From Eledone cirrhosa (taxonomy: Eukaryota), in the NCBI GenBank assembly GCA_964016885.1, contig OZ024750.1, positions 19,654,001 to 19,718,000 of the forward strand: a stretch of DNA of 64,000 nucleotides. The letters are read 5' to 3'. The translations under genes and the position numbers were made by a program. Below are positions 58,976 through 64,000 of this stretch, in pieces. How positions within the stretch are numbered: position 1 is the first letter of the stretch; each line of letters starts with the position of its first letter. Under the pieces are notes generated by a model. That model had not been told where the DNA came from, made no database searches, and was given only the letters and a program-made list of their open reading frames with translations.

Positions 58976-59062
58976 CTTCCCTGAAGAGTATTGTGTTGAC
59001 TTCCTTCGTTGTTGGTTCCAATCCAATAAAAGTTGTGCTGCAAACGAAACAATGGTAGGGAG
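58976..59062 (+). ncRNA. Type I hammerhead ribozyme with a long stem II (family I)
   Basis: cttcc-CTGAAGA-gtattgtgttgactt...aagttgtgctgcaaac-GAAA-caatgg-TA-gggag. (TA)n about 125 nt downstream. Confidence 0.72.
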
Positions 59063-59185
59063 GTCTATATATATTTGGTGTCTATCGTTTTTCTACTCGC
59101 ATTAAGAGTTTTTTTTTCTGACCTTTAATATATGATATTACTTCTCATTTAGATGTGCAATGATTAGTGACTAATTAACGTTAAA

Positions 59186-59236
<51 letters not shown>

Positions 59237-59266
59237 AGATCAAAAGATGGTTAAAGGAGTTCCATA

Positions 59267-59337
59267 TATTTTATTATGCGCATTTCAAAAACAAACATCA
59301 TCAAACAATAATATTTGCGTTTTCATCAGATAAAACA
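59267..59337 (-). ncRNA. Type I hammerhead ribozyme (family D, left arm)
   Basis: Reverse complement of 59447-59517. Confidence 0.85.
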
Positions 59338-59446
59338 GGAGAACATGATATGAAGGCTAAAAAACACTTGTTGATAGTGCAGTTTTAAATCAACATATCA
59401 ACTGCACTATCAACAAGTGTTTTTTAGCCTTCATATCATGTTCTCC

Positions 59447-59517
59447 TGTTTTATCTGATGAAAACGCAAATATTATTGTTTGATGATGTTTGTTTTTGAA
59501 ATGCGCATAATAAAATA
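59447..59517 (+). ncRNA. Type I hammerhead ribozyme (family D, right arm)
   Basis: tgttttat-CTGATGA-aaacgcaaat..atgtttgttttt-GAAA-tgcgca-TA-ataaaata. Confidence 0.87.
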
Positions 59518-59636
59518 TATGGAACTCCTTTAACCATCTTTTGATCTTATATTAGGCATACTCCAGTCCCACAAACTGTAGGGTGCTTCTTATCCGATAT
59601 CTGCATTGCTTTATTGTACTACAATAAAACTCACCT

Positions 59637-59749
<113 letters not shown>

Positions 59750-59773
59750 ATTTATGTATATATATATATACTA

Positions 59774-59861
<88 letters not shown>

Positions 59862-59867
59862 AATATA

Positions 59868-60090
59868 AACGTACGTTATTCGGGGTTGAATCGGAGGTAA
59901 ACACAGCAAGTAAGGTAATCAATACATAGCAGAGTATAAAAGTTTTAATATAGATGAGATTCTACAGGACTAGAACTGTTTCATTCTTTAGAAATCATCA
60001 GGAATCTGGGTATTTGGATACCCAGATTCTTGATGATTTCTAAAGAAGGAAACAGTTCTAGTCCTGTATAATCTCACTATATTAAAACTT
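59868..60090. mobile_element. Family C foldback element
   Basis: Arms at about 59940-60012 and 60019-60090; TA-flanked. Confidence 0.88.
59957..60007 (-). ncRNA. Type I hammerhead ribozyme (family C). The opposite arm (60024-60074, +) carries a C3U mutation
   Basis: Minus strand: agattc-CTGATGA-t ttc taaa gaa t-GAAA-cag ttctagtc ctg-TA-gaatct. Confidence 0.85.
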
Positions 60091-60110
60091 ATATATATAT
60101 ATATATATAC

Positions 60111-60541
60111 ATATACCGTGTTTCTTTAGAAATACAAAATTCCTATACATATCTGTATACAGATATGCCTGAAGCTATATCCTAATTCTATTCTATTATA
60201 AATTGAGCCAACTTATGCAGCTTCATATGCAAATGATATTAATCACCTCATTTACACAGACGAGAAAATTATATAATCTCAAGTGTTCTCAAGTCCAGCT
60301 GTCACAAGCATGGAGGGATCGTCCTGATTGAAGACCAGATAAGTCTGAAATGCATCGACGATTGTCCTCCTTGCTTCTACTGAACACCACAAGAGGGCGT
60401 TTAGCCCCGGTGTATTTTCCATCATGTTTTTTTTTGCATAAATGTTTACATACCCTGTAAACATACCGTGTTTCTTCAGAAATATGAAATTTCTATACAT
60501 AGCTGTATAAAGGTCTGCCTGAAGCTAAATCCTGTTTCTAT

Positions 60542-60542
<1 letters not shown>
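60111..60542. repeat. Diverged direct repeats of about 80 bp (60111-60191 and 60462-60542)
   Basis: taccgtgtttctt(t/c)agaaata..ctatacata.ctgtata..tgcctgaagcta.atcct..ttctatt occurs twice. Confidence 0.8.
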
Positions 60543-60614
<72 letters not shown>

Positions 60615-60616
<2 letters not shown>

Positions 60617-61096
60617 TGAGATCGGTGTGGAAATCGGACCTTCGTAGAGACCTGAAAATCCGCCTCTTCATTGCTGTAGTGGAGTCTGTGCTGCTGTATG
60701 GGTCTGAGACCTGGACACTGACCAAGAAACTCACTCAGATGGTGGATGGGTGCTACACGAGAATGCTGAGGATGGCTCTGAACATTAATCAGTATACACT
60801 GAGGATGAAAAACTCAGAGCTGTATGGGAGCATCCCAAGAGTCAGCTCAAAAGTCACACAGAGGAGACTGAGGTTAGCTGGACATGCTCACCGACATCCA
60901 GAGTTGACATTGCACTCAGTACTCCTTTGGGAGCCCCTACATGGACACACGAGAAGAGGAAGACCAAGGTTAACGTATGTTGATGCCCTAAGGATAGACA
61001 CTGGTCTGTTGGAGATGCAGGACATGGCAGCGATAATGAGGGACGGAGACCGCTGGAGAGAGCTCGTCCATGGATCTCGGGAATTTTACCCGCCTT

Positions 61097-61098
<2 letters not shown>
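60615..61098 (+). mobile_element. 5'-truncated RTE-clade LINE with an uninterrupted RT C-terminal ORF (160 aa), inserted in (TA)n
   Basis: KIRLFIAVVESVLLYGSETWTLT..DGCYTRMLRMALNI..RRLRLAGH..LLWEP..G..RRGRP are typical RTE C-terminal motifs. Much higher GC than the flanks, with (TA)n on both sides. Confidence 0.9.
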
Positions 61099-61168
<70 letters not shown>

Positions 61169-61397
61169 ATGTACACCATTTTTACCAGTATCACAAAAAT
61201 ACTGCCCCCCCCCCCTCCACACATACATATATACACACACATATACACACGCGTACACCAACATACAATGAGACATATACACACACTTCTCCGTATAAGA
61301 CAAGAGCTGAAATATATCTTTCAACATGTTAAAATATCTTTCCACACACGTACAGACACATTCCTACTGACCGATCCCTCTACCACGAATTACTCTA

Positions 61398-61472
<75 letters not shown>

Positions 61473-61989
61473 CATATTTGTCTTAATAGGTACCTGAACT
61501 GTTGACCTTTCAACATGACTGCAATACACACACACATCCCTACTGACCATTATCACAACAATGAACCTCTTTACTACACACACATACACACACACATTTG
61601 TCTTAAAAGACTTATTTTTGAGTGACTTCTCAATCAACGAAAAAGGACACTCTTCGACAAACCTACATTTGGCGCAAAATCAATTTTTAACATTCACGTG
61701 ACCTCTACAGACCAATCAAAATTGTTTTGACCACAAGAAGTTTTGCAACACGAATTGGCGCGAAACTTATTTTAATACCTATGGAGCCACTTTTTTCACA
61801 TAAAACAGGTAGAATTTCCAAAACTAATCAGATTAGAGCAAACATCACGGGCGCTCCATCTCAAAATTATTTTTGAAAAGCATTAGAAATGCGCAACCGG
61901 TAAGAAATTAAAACAGAAACTGAATACTAACCAATACTTAGTTTAATTAGGAATAAGGAACAATTTGTCAGCATTTTCTTTTCCTTTTA

Positions 61990-62025
<36 letters not shown>

Positions 62026-62065
62026 AAAAAGACCTTATATATATAAATATTTTCCATTATGTTAT

Positions 62066-62250
62066 GGATTGGCAGTATCGGTAGAGGGTCAGACGCCATG
62101 CTTTGAAACACAGAGTTATGTCTCTTTACGATCTGAGTTCAAATCTCGCCGAGGTTAACTTTGCTTTTCATCCTTACGGGGTCGATAAAATAAAGTACCA
62201 GTAGTGCACTGGGTAATTGCTGGCTTTGTGCCAAAAGTAGAAACAATTAT
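62066..62250 (+). mobile_element. SINE S1
   Basis: Full S1 head, core and tail. Confidence 0.88.
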
Positions 62251-64000
62251 GTTATTTCCCCAACCATACACACTAACCAACCTACTCCCAACCATACTAC
62301 TTCCTTCTCCTGAACCTAGTATGTCCAGATACACTTACCATTCTCTGACACCCCATATTCTCCACCAAGCCTAACTATAATAAATTCAATCAAAGCACTA
62401 CCTGCAGTAGTGACCTATTTTCTCTCACTCTACAAATATTACTATACACTTGGGTAGTCTTTCTGGGCACAGAAGTCGAAAGCGCTTGGCGCTGCAGTTG
62501 GGATTTTCCATCTCTCGCTCTCGTTCGCTCTCTCTCTTTCTGTATACATACACACACACACACATACACATATATTTATGTATATTAATATACACATATA
62601 TTTATGTACACATATATTTACATAGGATCATTTTTCATAAAATATTTTTTATAATGATTTTATTTTTTCGTTAGCAAATATGCTCACTTGAAGTTGACTC
62701 CAAAACAAAAGGTTTCATAAAACTGATTTGTAATTATGAATGGAATGGTTAGATGCCTCCAGAGTTAACGGCGATATATCACATGCATGCCACTTAGCTA
62801 GTAGCAGTAGTGACTGTTTCACTAACATTTCTCATATTACTAAGAGATACGGATACATTTACTGGGCTTCTATGACAATAATATCATTATTGTCATGTAT
62901 GTAGCCTGATATTGTGATTTCATTAATTACATATTTTCCTTGCAATTGGTCACAGGATATGCACTTTTAAGAGCAATCAATTTTATTTGCATTATCTCGT
63001 TGCTCATCAAAACTGTGACTAGTGTTTTCTTTTCATGCGGTTACTAAATCATAGAAAATACAACATTAATTCTGTGATCTCTCGTGTTTTGCATTGCAAG
63101 TGATAAATGTTGCTTTATTGTTACTAAACACTAACGGAATGGTGAATATGTTATGCTAGATGATTGCTAAATAGATGAGCTGAAACAGTTAGTAGTTATT
63201 TAAAAATACGTCTGCTACATTCTATGTAATATTTATGTGTTTTTGCTGTTTAGTCACAAGGAGAAACACAGTACACCCAACAACTGTCAGAGACTAATAT
63301 GTATAGGGAGAAAATATTCTGGAAACCTGGTCCAAATGACTGCAACCGAGTAGACTGCACCTACAGGGACAGTTTAAGTCTATCATGTGAGTGTACAACA
63401 TCATTATATAAATTCAGAGCACAGAGAAACGAAGCCAAAATCACGAATTCTTTTACTGCACGCGGTGAAAATTTTAAGGGTGGACAGTAAACTTTAAAAT
63501 TCATAATGTCTCTAGCACACCTGGAAAGTATATATTTCCAACAATGCCTATACTATTTTCCTTGCATTTCAGTGTACGTCAGAGTATATAAGAATACTAA
63601 CATTTATGAAAGCATGAAATATAAATATAAATCTGAAATGAAATTGCAAGCAATCTACAGTTATATAAATCGCGTGGAAATGATTAATTTCAGATTCATT
63701 AAGAATGACACGGGCAAATGTATCGGATGAAAAATGTTTACACCATTTCAGCCTATTATCTAATTAATTACAATCCATATTCCTATAGCGTATTTTACTT
63801 ATTTACGATTCTGTGCAAATTGCTTTATATACTACTGCGCCTTCCTCATAAATCTGCTTCAAAATATACAGGACGCTCTGTTTCTCCCTATGGACATGCA
63901 AAATGAATTCAAAATCTATTCTTAGCTCAGAATTTCTAGATCGTTGTGCTAAATATGTTTAGATATTTACCTAGATCTCTATTCCGAGAAGGTTACGTTA

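Overview
Very AT-rich, microsatellite-saturated eukaryotic DNA, intergenic or deep intronic. I could not support any host protein-coding exon. The repeat content suggests a mollusc, probably an octopus-like cephalopod (inference). Nearly all listed ORFs are artefacts of (TA)n, (CA)n, (TATG)n or (GAA)n tracts. The window holds about 19 copies of one tRNA-derived SINE, remnants of RTE-like and CRE-like LINEs, a non-autonomous Helitron with its empty site preserved nearby, and a mariner-type MITE. The main result is a dense set of short non-coding elements from about 9 sequence-unrelated families. Each sits in or against a (TA)n tract and follows one plan: a type I hammerhead ribozyme (HHR) motif, then about 50-170 nt, then (TA)n, often folded back as a partial inverted duplication. 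About 11 complete hammerhead folds can be read directly, including minimal palindromic-stem-III forms and a U3-A8 core variant. They most likely are Penelope-like element (PLE) pLTR ends or retrozyme-like derivatives that target (TA)n. Folds were assigned by eye, and repeat boundaries are approximate.
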